Positions 1-8,665 are shown, numbered from the stretch's first letter. The stretch: 24,000 nucleotides of DNA from Cytophaga aurantiaca DSM 3654 (GCF_000379725.1 NZ_KB903620.1:26663-50662), one strand, 5' to 3'. The notes: generated by a model not told the origin, from the letters alone. Numbers and translations: made by a program.

Positions 1-235
1 CGGCTTAATGCACATTGCAGCCGCATTGAAAAAACGTATCATTTCTATTTGGGGCAATACCGTTCCGGAGTTTGGCATGTATCCTTATAAAACAGAATAT
101 GTTTTATGGCAGGTTCAAGATCTTAGCTGCAGACCCTGTTCAAAAATCGGCTTTAATACGTGTCCTAAAAAACATTTCAAATGTATGAACGAACAAATAC
201 TTCCCGTGCATGAGATTGAAGACATCTGGTCTTAA
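1..235 (+). CDS. Glycosyltransferase family 9 (LPS heptosyltransferase-type), C-terminal fragment; 5' end lies outside the window
   Basis: The frame is open from the window edge; codons 2-7 (G L) precede the tracked Met at 8. The block ..GLMHIAAALKKRIISIWGNT.. resembles the conserved GT9 C-terminal block (GPMHLAAA.G.P....GPT), and a Cys-containing tail (CRPC...C) follows. Confidence 0.65.
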   Translation, partial: GLMHIAAALKKRIISIWGNTVPEFGMYPYKTEYVLWQVQDLSCRPCSKIGFNTCPKKHFKCMNEQILPVHEIEDIWS

Positions 236-273
236 TTAACAAATCTATCCATCTCCTATTTAGATAAAGCGCA

Positions 274-1716
274 ATGAATTTAAAAGATATTTTTAAAAAG
301 AGGCCTATTGATCCGGATACCTGTTTGATCTTATTGGGACACTTCTTTATGCTCCTTTTAGTTTATCTATCTGTATACTTTTATGCTGAGCGTGTTTTAT
401 ATTACGATTCCGCGTATCAATGTTTTCAGCTTATTAATTCTGAATCTTATAATATTGAAGCCGGGCGCTGGAGTACGATCCTTGTCCAGACCTTTCCGCT
501 TATAGCAATCAAACTAGGCCTTCCGCTTAAAACTGTATTGATCACCTACTCGTTGTCTTATGTATTGATAGGTTATATCGTCTTTATCATTAATGCACAT
601 CTATTAAAAAACACTGTTGCGAGTACAGCTGTTTTATTCCTCTATACAGTATGTATCCAAGATTCATTTTATTATTGTGTTACAGAATTGCCCGTTGGAA
701 TGTTATTTACCACAACATTTTATGCCTGGCTCTTTTATCCGGAAAAAACGCAGAAGCAGATTCATCCTGTTATCTATGTAGGTGTTGCGACAATCCTATT
801 GCTGATTTGCTTCTTCTTTCACCCAATGACATTCTTTTCAATCGTATTTATCATTGGCGTTTATTTACTACATACCAAAAAATATAAAAATCCCCGTATC
901 ATTGTTTTGCTGTTGATTACTTTCATCCTTTATGCATCAAAGATTCTATTTACAAGCAGTGCTTCTTATGAAGGTAATCTATTCGGACAACTCAACAGCA
1001 CTCCTGAATTAATAAGTCAGCTGCTGTCTCTGGATAGTACAAAATTCTTCATACTGCGTTTATTCAGTTTGTATTTAATTGTTACTCTTCTTCTTTTTGC
1101 TATTACGGCATACTACATTGTAAAAAAGAATTGGCTTCTTTTGGGTTGGTTTGCTTTAAATACAGGAGGATTTCTACTGATTTGTTTCATCACCTTCAAT
1201 AAAGGAGACAGTCACATTGCGATGGAAAAATATTTCATGCCATTATCTTTCTTGGTTGCCATCCCATTTTTGCAGGATATTATGTCTACTAAAAAAATAC
1301 AGCTGGTAGCCCTACTCTTCTGTCTGTTTATATTTTGCAGAGGAATCAATAAAATTTATTTAGCAAAAAATTATTTTGAACATCATCTTGAGTATGTTGA
1401 CACCTTAATTCATCTTGCGCATTCACAATCAACAAAAAAACTATTGGTATTTAAAGACGACATTGATCAAAACTATACAACCTGGGCATGCGGGACAGAA
1501 ACGTTATTGCGATCTGCATTAAATACAAAACAGGAACAAACAACAGTCTATCTGACTGATAAAAATGAACCTGACCAAATTAATACCAAAGATTCCGTAC
1601 TTTTCCTTTGCGTTCCTTTCTACCGAAATTGGAATCAAAACGATCTGAATAAAAAATATTTCAACTTACCTCTTCAACCCTATCTTGTCAATCAAAAAAA
1701 TGCCTCAGGACTTTGA
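274..1716 (+). CDS. Polytopic integral membrane protein of unknown family, with a hydrophilic C-terminal domain of about 130 aa
   Basis: 480-aa ORF starting 38 nt after the GT9 stop. There are roughly 10-12 hydrophobic segments in residues 1-350, then a polar tail. I recognise no named motif. Confidence 0.75.
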   Translation: MNLKDIFKKRPIDPDTCLILLGHFFMLLLVYLSVYFYAERVLYYDSAYQCFQLINSESYNIEAGRWSTILVQTFPLIAIKLGLPLKTVLITYSLSYVLIGYIVFIINAHLLKNTVASTAVLFLYTVCIQDSFYYCVTELPVGMLFTTTFYAWLFYPEKTQKQIHPVIYVGVATILLLICFFFHPMTFFSIVFIIGVYLLHTKKYKNPRIIVLLLITFILYASKILFTSSASYEGNLFGQLNSTPELISQLLSLDSTKFFILRLFSLYLIVTLLLFAITAYYIVKKNWLLLGWFALNTGGFLLICFITFNKGDSHIAMEKYFMPLSFLVAIPFLQDIMSTKKIQLVALLFCLFIFCRGINKIYLAKNYFEHHLEYVDTLIHLAHSQSTKKLLVFKDDIDQNYTTWACGTETLLRSALNTKQEQTTVYLTDKNEPDQINTKDSVLFLCVPFYRNWNQNDLNKKYFNLPLQPYLVNQKNASGL

Positions 1717-1727
1717 TCTAAAAGCAT

Positions 1728-1759
1728 AAAAAAAGGACTTAAAACTAAGTCCTTTTTTT
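1728..1759. terminator. Bidirectional rho-independent terminator shared by the convergent genes 274..1716 and csp
   Basis: A7-GGACTT-aaaact-AAGTCC-T7. The stem (1735-1740 / 1747-1752) is extended by pairing between the flanking A-run and T-run. It lies between the stops at 1716 and 1780. Confidence 0.7.
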
Positions 1760-1779
1760 ATAATGTGGCAAGTGAGTAA

Positions 1780-1971
1780 TTAGATTCTTTTAACATCTAC
1801 TGCATTAACTCCTTTTTTACCTTCAACAATTTCAAATTCAACTTTGTCGTCTTTTGTAATTTGTTCTTTCAATCCAGAAACGTGTACAAAAATTTCCTTG
1901 TTGCTTGCATTGTCTAGTATAAAACCAAATCCTTTGGTTTCATTGAAGAATTTTACTGTTCCCGTATTCAT
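1780..1971 (-). CDS. csp: Cold-shock domain protein (CspA family)
   Basis: 63 aa with an RNP1-like motif (KGFGFI within KFFNETKGFGFI) and an RNP2-like motif (FVHVS). Confidence 0.95.
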   Translation of the reverse strand: MNTGTVKFFNETKGFGFILDNASNKEIFVHVSGLKEQITKDDKVEFEIVEGKKGVNAVDVKRI

Positions 1972-2326
1972 AATGGTATTGTAATTAATTGAATACTAAA
2001 GTTATGAATAAAAATTAATATACAAAGAAAATCGTCATTTTTTTTACATCCATTCGTAGTCAGGGAGTTGTATTTTTGCCTTTCAATTGCCCTTTCTATG
2101 CTACTATAGCAGATTGAGCAAAAATTCATAAATTAGTAGGTTAATACTCTATATTGGCTGTTATCAAATGGATTTATTGTTATAGTACCACTAAATAAAG
2201 AAGTTAATATTCCAAGCATAAACACAATGGATAATTCTAAGGTGAAATTCATGGATTTTAGCCCGGTTTTGGAACATTACTATCTCATCTGTTTTCCTGA
2301 AAAATCTACTTCAAAGTAACTAATAA

Positions 2327-3700
2327 ATGAAATTCATTTTTTCTAAAATCTCTTTATTCATCATTGCCATCGCAATGATTTATATTACAGCAACTGTTCA
2401 AAGATATAGAAATACAGTTATAGAATGGGATGTGATTTCTTACTATTCCTATCTTCCGGGTTTATTTATTTATAAAGATTTAACTTTTTCTTTTTTAGAT
2501 AAAGATATACCGGAAGGGGTTACAATCTGGACCAATATGACGGACGACAATAAACGTGTCGTTAAAATGTCCTGTGGCCTGGCAATACTTTATGCTCCTT
2601 TTTTTCTCGTAGCTCATGGTATTGCCTTGTTGCAACCAGATATGTATTTGCCCAACGGCTATTCAATGATTTATTCTTTATTTTTAGTTTTGTCCAATAT
2701 CTGTTACACATTTATTGGATTTGTTTTCTTACGCAAAATTTTGTTGCGCTACTTCTCCGATGTAGTTACAGCACTCACCTTGCTTAGTATTTACTTCAGT
2801 ACGAATCTTCTTAATTATTCTTTATTTGAATTAATGTCTCACAGTTATTTATTCTGTTTGATTACAATATTTATTTATTTAACAATCAATTGGCATGAAA
2901 AAACAAGTATTAAAAACAGTATTGCCATTGGTTTATTGTTAGGTTTAATCACTCTGGTCAGACCTATTGATTGCATCATTTTAATAGTATTTATTTTTTA
3001 TGGAATATCTTCAAAAAATGAATTGCAAAACAAAATTCAATTCTTTTTGCGCAGTCGTTTGCAATTATTCGTAATAGCATTTTCTGCATTTCTAATTTTG
3101 TGCATACAGATGGCTTACTGGAAATATGCAACCGGGCATTTTTTATTTTGGTCTTACACTAATGAACGTTTTTATTGGCTGAATTCGCACGTATTCCAAG
3201 GATTGTTCGGTTTTAGAAAAGGATGTTTTATTTACAATCCAGTTTTATTTTTTGCAACACTGGGACTAATATTATCATATAAATATGTTCGTCAATTTAC
3301 CATAGGCGCGATACTGCTATTCGTAATATTTACATACATAATTTTTGCCTGGTGGTGCTGGTGGTATGGAGGTGGACTCGCTTGCAGACCTATGATTGAC
3401 TTGTATGGGATCTTAGCAATTGGTTTTGCAGTATTTCTAACATATCTGTTTCAATTAAAAAATAACTTAATAAAATACAGTATTGGGCTACTTCTGATTT
3501 TTTGCTTTGTATATGGCACAATGACTAACAGGCAATATTATACGCGTACGTTGCATTACGACAGCATGACCTTTGCATCCTGGAAAGCAAATTTTATGAC
3601 AACCGAAGTGCGCCAGGAATTTTGGGATGGCTTAGAACATCCGGACTATGATAAAGCCAGTTATGAAGGAATCGATGCAATTGAAAAAGAAAATAAATAA
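2327..3700 (+). CDS. Polytopic membrane protein with GT-C-like (ArnT/PMT-like) architecture; family unverified
   Basis: 457 aa and very hydrophobic, with at least 10 TM-like segments. An acidic motif (IEWDVISYY) sits just after TM1, where GT-C enzymes carry their catalytic acidic loop. A short polar C-terminus follows. Confidence 0.7.
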   Translation: MKFIFSKISLFIIAIAMIYITATVQRYRNTVIEWDVISYYSYLPGLFIYKDLTFSFLDKDIPEGVTIWTNMTDDNKRVVKMSCGLAILYAPFFLVAHGIALLQPDMYLPNGYSMIYSLFLVLSNICYTFIGFVFLRKILLRYFSDVVTALTLLSIYFSTNLLNYSLFELMSHSYLFCLITIFIYLTINWHEKTSIKNSIAIGLLLGLITLVRPIDCIILIVFIFYGISSKNELQNKIQFFLRSRLQLFVIAFSAFLILCIQMAYWKYATGHFLFWSYTNERFYWLNSHVFQGLFGFRKGCFIYNPVLFFATLGLILSYKYVRQFTIGAILLFVIFTYIIFAWWCWWYGGGLACRPMIDLYGILAIGFAVFLTYLFQLKNNLIKYSIGLLLIFCFVYGTMTNRQYYTRTLHYDSMTFASWKANFMTTEVRQEFWDGLEHPDYDKASYEGIDAIEKENK

Positions 3701-3701
3701 T

Positions 3702-3733
3702 AAAAAAGCCCCTCTGATTTGAGGGGCTTTTTT
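3702..3733. terminator. Bidirectional rho-independent terminator shared by 2327..3700 and thrC
   Basis: AAAAAAGCCCCTC-tgattt-GAGGGGCTTTTTT. This is a 13-bp stem including the A/T-run extension, placed between the stops at 3700 and 3735. Confidence 0.85.
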
Positions 3734-3734
3734 A

Positions 3735-5036
3735 TTATTTATTAAGTAAGAACGATTTCAGTTTTTCAAAATCATTTTCGATCACAATCGATTCTTTCTT
3801 TTTGTTTGCAACTTCCTGCAAGCGTGCCGGAATTTCAACATCCTTTTCAATGATGTCGTTTACTACTTCAATGAACTTTGCGGGATGTGCCGTTGCTAAG
3901 AAAATACCTGTAGCATCTTTACCGCTCTCTTTGAAATATTCTTTCAAGCCTAAATAACCGACTGCTCCATGCGGATCCATTACATATCCTGTAGCTTTGT
4001 ACACGGACTTAACAGCTGCAGCGGTTGCCTCATCTGTATATGCTTTACCAACCACATCTTTCCGCAAGGCGTTAATATCTTTACCATACAATTCAATCAC
4101 ACGCGGATAGTTGCTTGGATTTCCAACATCCATTGCATTGCTGATTGTTGCTATAGAAGGCTTCGCTTCAAATACACCTGTATTGATATACTTCGGCATG
4201 ATGTCGTTTACGTTTGTTGATGCAACAAACATATCAACCGGCAAGCCCATTTTTTTCGCGATCAAACCGCCGCAAATGTTTCCGAAGTTGCCGCTTGGCA
4301 CAGAGAATACAACCTTCTTTCCTAATTTCTTAGCCTGTGCATACGCATAGAAATAGTAGAACGACTGTGGAATCAATCGGCTAATGTTAATAGAATTTGC
4401 AGAAGACAAATTGATCTTCGATGTAATTTCTTTATCTAAGAACGCTTGTTTCACCATACGCTGACAATCGTCAAACGTACCCAACACTTCAAGTGCTGTG
4501 ATATTTTTGCCAAGTGTAGTAAGTTGTTTCTCCTGAAGATCGCTTACCTTTTTGCTTGGATATAGAATTGTTACTTTAATGCCTGCCTTGTCTAAGAAGC
4601 CTTGCGCCACAGCACTACCTGTATCTCCGGAAGTTGCAACCAGAATCATAATCTCCGTCTTTTCTTTTTGTAAGAAGTAAGACATTAACCGCGCCATGAA
4701 ACGTGCGCCAAAATCTTTAAATGCTAACGTCGGACCATGGAATAATTCAAGCACATAAATATTGTCTTCAACCTTTATAACCGGCGCTTCAAAGGTCAAT
4801 ACATCGTCAACAATGCTTCTGATTTCCTTTTCAGGAACTTCATCACCGATCAATGTTTTGCATACTTCAAAAGCAATATCCTGAAACGAAAGTTTGTCGA
4901 TGTTTTCAAAAAAAGATGCAGGCAATGTCGGAATACTTTCCGGCATGTATAAACCATTGTCATCCGGCAAGCCTTTGAATACGGCTTCTTTCAAATTTAC
5001 TTCAGGTACCTGATGATTTGTACTGTATAGTTTCAT
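3735..5036 (-). CDS. thrC: Threonine synthase
   Basis: 433 aa with the PLP-lysine motif FHGPTLAFKDFG. It is the last gene of a thrA-thrB-thrC arrangement. Confidence 0.95.
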   Translation of the reverse strand: MKLYSTNHQVPEVNLKEAVFKGLPDDNGLYMPESIPTLPASFFENIDKLSFQDIAFEVCKTLIGDEVPEKEIRSIVDDVLTFEAPVIKVEDNIYVLELFHGPTLAFKDFGARFMARLMSYFLQKEKTEIMILVATSGDTGSAVAQGFLDKAGIKVTILYPSKKVSDLQEKQLTTLGKNITALEVLGTFDDCQRMVKQAFLDKEITSKINLSSANSINISRLIPQSFYYFYAYAQAKKLGKKVVFSVPSGNFGNICGGLIAKKMGLPVDMFVASTNVNDIMPKYINTGVFEAKPSIATISNAMDVGNPSNYPRVIELYGKDINALRKDVVGKAYTDEATAAAVKSVYKATGYVMDPHGAVGYLGLKEYFKESGKDATGIFLATAHPAKFIEVVNDIIEKDVEIPARLQEVANKKKESIVIENDFEKLKSFLLNK

Positions 5037-5039
5037 TTT

Positions 5040-5140
5040 TTTATGCTTAAGGCCTAAAGCTGAAGGCTAAAGGCGAATATTTCAATTAATAAACTTATTG
5101 TTTTGCTTTAGGCATTTAGCTTTAAGCCTTCGGCTTAAAT
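5040..5140 (-). repeat. Heptanucleotide-periodic inverted repeat (long imperfect hairpin) filling the thrB-thrC spacer
   Basis: Left arm, 5 heptads GCNNAAN (GCTTAAG GCCTAAA GCTGAAG GCTAAAG GCGAATA, 5045-5079). Right arm, 5 heptads (GCTTTAG GCATTTA GCTTTAA GCCTTCG GCTTAAA, 5105-5139). Pairing 5049-5067 with 5112-5130 gives 16 of 19 Watson-Crick pairs. After a 1-nt bulge there are 5 more pairs (5068-5072 / 5106-5110). Confidence 0.8.
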
Positions 5141-6064
5141 AATTTTTGGTCCTTGCTGATTTACCGTCGACACATATACATCGGTGCCAATATTAATTGC
5201 GTCAAAGCTTTTTTTCATTGCCTGTCCGATTTTGTTAGCTGTCTCTTGATCTGTACTCAATGCAAAGATCGAAGGACCCGAACCAGAGATAGAACATCCC
5301 AATGCACCAGCATCCAATGCAGCTTTTTTCACATCATCAAATCCGGGAATCAATACCGAACGTGCAGGTTCAACAATAAGATCCTGCATAGAACGACCGA
5401 TCAAACTTGTATCGTTCATTAGCAAGCCTGCAACCAAACCGCCTACATTACCCCACTGAGCAACAGCTAAACTTAATGGAATTTGTTTTGGAAGTATGTT
5501 GCGCGCATCTTTTGTCTGCACTTCAACATGTGGGTGGATAATGGTTGCATATAAATTTGATGGAACAGTAAGTTTAACCACATCTAATGGATCATAACTT
5601 CTTACCAATACAAAACCACCATACAAACATGGCGCAACGTTATCTGCATGTGCTGAACCGCAAGCCAAAAATTCACCTTCCATTGCAAACGGAAGAAGAT
5701 CTTTCACTTCCATTTTATTGCCTAGCAATTGATTGATCGCATACACGCCAGCAACCGTAGATGCAGCACTTGAACCCAATCCACTCCCCAACGGCATTTT
5801 CTTAGTCAGTTCAATTTCAATTCCTTGTTCGATACCTAATTTTTCTAAATAACGAAGTATAGAAATACTAACGGTATTTTTTTCGGCATCTTTTGGCAAG
5901 CGTCCGCCATCTCCTGTAATCGAAGTAATGCGTACGCCTTTTTTATCTGATAAGCGAAGAAGTACTTCGTCGCCGGGATTATCTACAGCAAAGCCCAGCA
6001 CATCGAAACCACACGAAACGTTGGCTACAGTAGCAGGGGCAAATACTTTTATACTATCTTTCAT
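5135..6064 (-). CDS. thrB: Homoserine kinase
   Basis: 309 aa with the GHMP-kinase motif PLGSGLGSSAAS. It lies between thrA and thrC. Confidence 0.95.
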   Translation of the reverse strand: MKDSIKVFAPATVANVSCGFDVLGFAVDNPGDEVLLRLSDKKGVRITSITGDGGRLPKDAEKNTVSISILRYLEKLGIEQGIEIELTKKMPLGSGLGSSAASTVAGVYAINQLLGNKMEVKDLLPFAMEGEFLACGSAHADNVAPCLYGGFVLVRSYDPLDVVKLTVPSNLYATIIHPHVEVQTKDARNILPKQIPLSLAVAQWGNVGGLVAGLLMNDTSLIGRSMQDLIVEPARSVLIPGFDDVKKAALDAGALGCSISGSGPSIFALSTDQETANKIGQAMKKSFDAINIGTDVYVSTVNQQGPKII

Positions 6065-6071
6065 ATTAAAT

Positions 6072-6169
6072 AAGTTTTAAGTTTTATGTATTAAGTTTTA
6101 AGATTTTAAAAATTAACATACATGGTATGTTAGAACTTCTTAAAACTTAAAACCTAGAACTTAAAACTT
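6072..6169 (-). repeat. Heptanucleotide-periodic inverted repeat (long hairpin) filling the thrA-thrB spacer
   Basis: Left arm: AAGTTTT AAGTTTT ATGTATT AAGTTTT AAGATTT (6072-6106). Right arm: CTTAAAA CTTAAAA CCTAGAA CTTAAAA (6139-6166). Pairing 6072-6103 with 6138-6169 gives 29 of 32 Watson-Crick pairs. An inner 8-bp stem is TAACATAC / GTATGTTA (6114-6121 / 6125-6132). Confidence 0.85.
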
Positions 6170-8626
6170 TTACCCTTTTAGGTAATTGCTGATACGGATG
6201 ATATCTCCAAACACACCTGCTGCAGTAACTTCTGCACCGGCTCCAGGACCTTTGATCACCAATGGTCTCTCTTTGTATCTTTCTGTTGTATATGCAATCA
6301 TGTTGTCACTTCCTGAAAGCGAGAAGAATGGGTGCGTACCATCAACTGCTTGTAAGCTCACTTCCGCTTTACCGTTTTCAAGTTTTGCAATGAAGCGTAA
6401 TACTTTGTTTACTTTATCTGCTTCGTCGCGTTTCTTAGAAAACACGTTATTGTTTTTCTCTAATTCAACGAAGAATTCTTCAACCGTTTTTGCTTTTAGA
6501 CACGAAGCAGGAAGAATATTTTCAACAATTACATCATCAAACTCTAAACTGAACCCTGCTTCACGTGACAAGATCAAGATCTTACGTGCAACATCTTTCC
6601 CATTGAGATCGTCTCTTGGATCCGGTTCCGTAAATCCTTTTTCCTTTGCTTCTTTAACAATGTCGCTGAATTTTTTATCTCCTTTGAAATTGTTGAAGAT
6701 ATATGATAGTGTGCCTGACAATACCCCTTCAATACGAATAATTTTATCGCCACTATCTTTTAAATCGTTCAACGTATTAATCACTGGAAGTCCTGCACCA
6801 ACGTTTGTTTCATACATCAACTTCACGCCACGCTTAAAAGCAGTTTCCTGAAGCTTTTTGTAATCCTTAAACAAGCCTGAATTTGCAAGTTTGTTTGGTG
6901 TAACAATAGAAATGCTTTCATCTAAAATATTATGATAGAATGAAACCACATCTTTGTTTGATGTATTATCAACAAAAATTGAGTTGCGAAGATTCAAATC
7001 AACCATGCGTTTTACAAACTCTTTTAAGTTTGCCTTCTCACCTTGCTCTTCTAATTTTTCTTTCCAGCTTGTTAATGCTACACCATTTTCATTGATAAGC
7101 ATTTTCTTGCTGTTTGCTAAACCAACCACGTTGATCTTAAATCCTTTTTCTTTTAAAAGATATGCACCTTGTTTCTGCAACTGCTTCAACAAAGCACTAC
7201 CGATCAAACCAACACCAATAACAAATACGTTGATTGTTTTTACATCACTCAGGAAGAATGATTCATGAATAACATTCAATGCTTTTGTCAGATCTTCTTT
7301 GCCGATCACTACAGACAAGTTAATCTCTGAAGAACCTTGTGCGATTGCAACAACGTTGATACCGTTCTTTCCTAATGAAGAAAATAATTTACCTGCAATG
7401 CCCGGTGTGTGACGCATGTTATCACCTACTACTGCAACAATTGCTAAATTATCTTTTTCATGAAGCTTATCTATTTTACCTGCTTTGATTTCATGTTCAA
7501 ACTCTTCATCTACTGCAGCTTTCGCTTTAACAGCTTCTTTGGAGTCGATCACAAAACAGATTGAATGCTCTGACGATGCCTGTGTAATTAAAATTACATT
7601 GATAAGATTTCTTGCCAATGCACCGAACAAACGTCCTGACACACCTGGCACACCCACCATACCGCTTCCGGTTAAGTTCAACATTGAAATGTTTTCAATG
7701 GATGAAATACCTTTTACAGAATGATCGGTTACACTTGTTTTCGCATTGATCAATGTTCCTTCAAATGCAGTATTGAATGTATTTTTAATCCAGATCGGAA
7801 TATTTTTTTTGAATGCCGGCTGCAACGTTGGCGGATAAATAACCTTCGCGCCAAAGTGCGACATTTCCATTGCTTCGATGTATGAAACCTGCGGAAGTGT
7901 GAACGCGCGTTTTACTTTGCGTGGGTCAGCAGTCATGATACCGTCTACGTCTGTCCATATTTCTATGCCTTCGCTATCAAGCGCAGCACCAAATACAGAA
8001 GCTGTATAGTCAGAACCTCCACGACCTAATGTTGTTGTTTCACCTTTCTCCGTTGAACCGATAAAGCCTGTAGTTACCACACTCGACTTAACATCTTTGA
8101 AATAATCTTTGATTGCTTTGTCTGTTTTTTTGAAATCAACTTTCGCTGAACCAAAACCATTGTCTGTAACAATTACTTTACGCGCGTCTAAGAACGTAAC
8201 GTCAACACCTTCCTGCTTTAAGAATTCTGAAACCAAGTACGAAGAAAGACGCTCGCCAAAGCTCAATACCAAATCGTTCGAGCGCGGAGATAATTCTTTC
8301 AATAAGTAAACACCTTGCAATAAATCCTGAAGTTCGTTCAATACCAATTTAAGCTGTGCAATAACTTTACCTTGATTCTTAACATCAATTAATGTCTTTG
8401 CCGTGCTTACGTGTTTCTGTTCAATCGTCTTTAAAATCTGCTGGTATGAAATATCCGTAGCGGATGCCTTCTGACCTACTTCAACTAATAAATTTGTTAT
8501 TCCTGACATAGCAGAAAAAACAACTACAAACTTTTCCTTCTTTTTATAAGAAGAAAGAATTTCTGCGACTTTACGGATGCTCTCTACAGAACCTACAGAG
8601 GTACCGCCAAACTTTAACACTTTCAT
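6170..8626 (-). CDS. thrA: Bifunctional aspartokinase / homoserine dehydrogenase
   Basis: 818 aa. The N-terminus has an aspartokinase signature (KFGGTSVGS). The C-terminal half carries a Rossmann-type motif (VIGVGLIGSALL) typical of homoserine dehydrogenase. Confidence 0.95.
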   Translation of the reverse strand: MKVLKFGGTSVGSVESIRKVAEILSSYKKKEKFVVVFSAMSGITNLLVEVGQKASATDISYQQILKTIEQKHVSTAKTLIDVKNQGKVIAQLKLVLNELQDLLQGVYLLKELSPRSNDLVLSFGERLSSYLVSEFLKQEGVDVTFLDARKVIVTDNGFGSAKVDFKKTDKAIKDYFKDVKSSVVTTGFIGSTEKGETTTLGRGGSDYTASVFGAALDSEGIEIWTDVDGIMTADPRKVKRAFTLPQVSYIEAMEMSHFGAKVIYPPTLQPAFKKNIPIWIKNTFNTAFEGTLINAKTSVTDHSVKGISSIENISMLNLTGSGMVGVPGVSGRLFGALARNLINVILITQASSEHSICFVIDSKEAVKAKAAVDEEFEHEIKAGKIDKLHEKDNLAIVAVVGDNMRHTPGIAGKLFSSLGKNGINVVAIAQGSSEINLSVVIGKEDLTKALNVIHESFFLSDVKTINVFVIGVGLIGSALLKQLQKQGAYLLKEKGFKINVVGLANSKKMLINENGVALTSWKEKLEEQGEKANLKEFVKRMVDLNLRNSIFVDNTSNKDVVSFYHNILDESISIVTPNKLANSGLFKDYKKLQETAFKRGVKLMYETNVGAGLPVINTLNDLKDSGDKIIRIEGVLSGTLSYIFNNFKGDKKFSDIVKEAKEKGFTEPDPRDDLNGKDVARKILILSREAGFSLEFDDVIVENILPASCLKAKTVEEFFVELEKNNNVFSKKRDEADKVNKVLRFIAKLENGKAEVSLQAVDGTHPFFSLSGSDNMIAYTTERYKERPLVIKGPGAGAEVTAAGVFGDIIRISNYLKG

Positions 8627-8657
8627 AGTATTGGTATTATCTTAATAAAAATACTTG

Positions 8658-8665
8658 CAAAAATA
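8658..8665 (-). promoter_or_regulatory. Candidate Bacteroidota-type -7 promoter box (TATTTTTG) for the thr operon
   Basis: Exact TAnnTTTG on the minus strand, 32 nt upstream of the thrA ATG. The nearest upstream TTTG (8690-8693) is 24 nt away, which is longer than the usual spacing of about 19-21 nt. Confidence 0.3.

Noticed and set aside
651-887. A 78-aa same-strand ORF in an alternative frame inside the 274..1716 membrane-protein gene.
   Set aside because: It is fully nested in a longer ORF with coherent TM-segment structure, and there is no support for an overlapping gene. The same reasoning applies to the other short nested ORFs in the track (3969..4220, 4111..4350, 5153..5422, 13735..14337, 15493..16034, 17322..17564, 17775..17966, 18573..18806, 19731..19919, 20054..20305, 21229..21411, 22311..22787, 23540..23734 and others).
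5045-6166. Whether the short tandem repeats in the thr spacers, and at 11650-11691, could be a CRISPR array.
   Set aside because: The units are 7 nt, directly abutting and degenerate, with no spacers. No cas genes are present. CRISPR repeats are about 24-48 nt and are separated by unique spacers.
6186-6851. A 221-aa plus-strand ORF antisense to thrA. Similar antisense ORFs occur at 6954..7268, 7485..7724 and 8109..8309.
   Set aside because: They lie entirely within the well-supported thrA gene. Their Ser/Leu/Phe/Thr-rich, low-complexity composition is typical of shadow frames opposite a real gene. They have no recognisable motifs and no independent start context.
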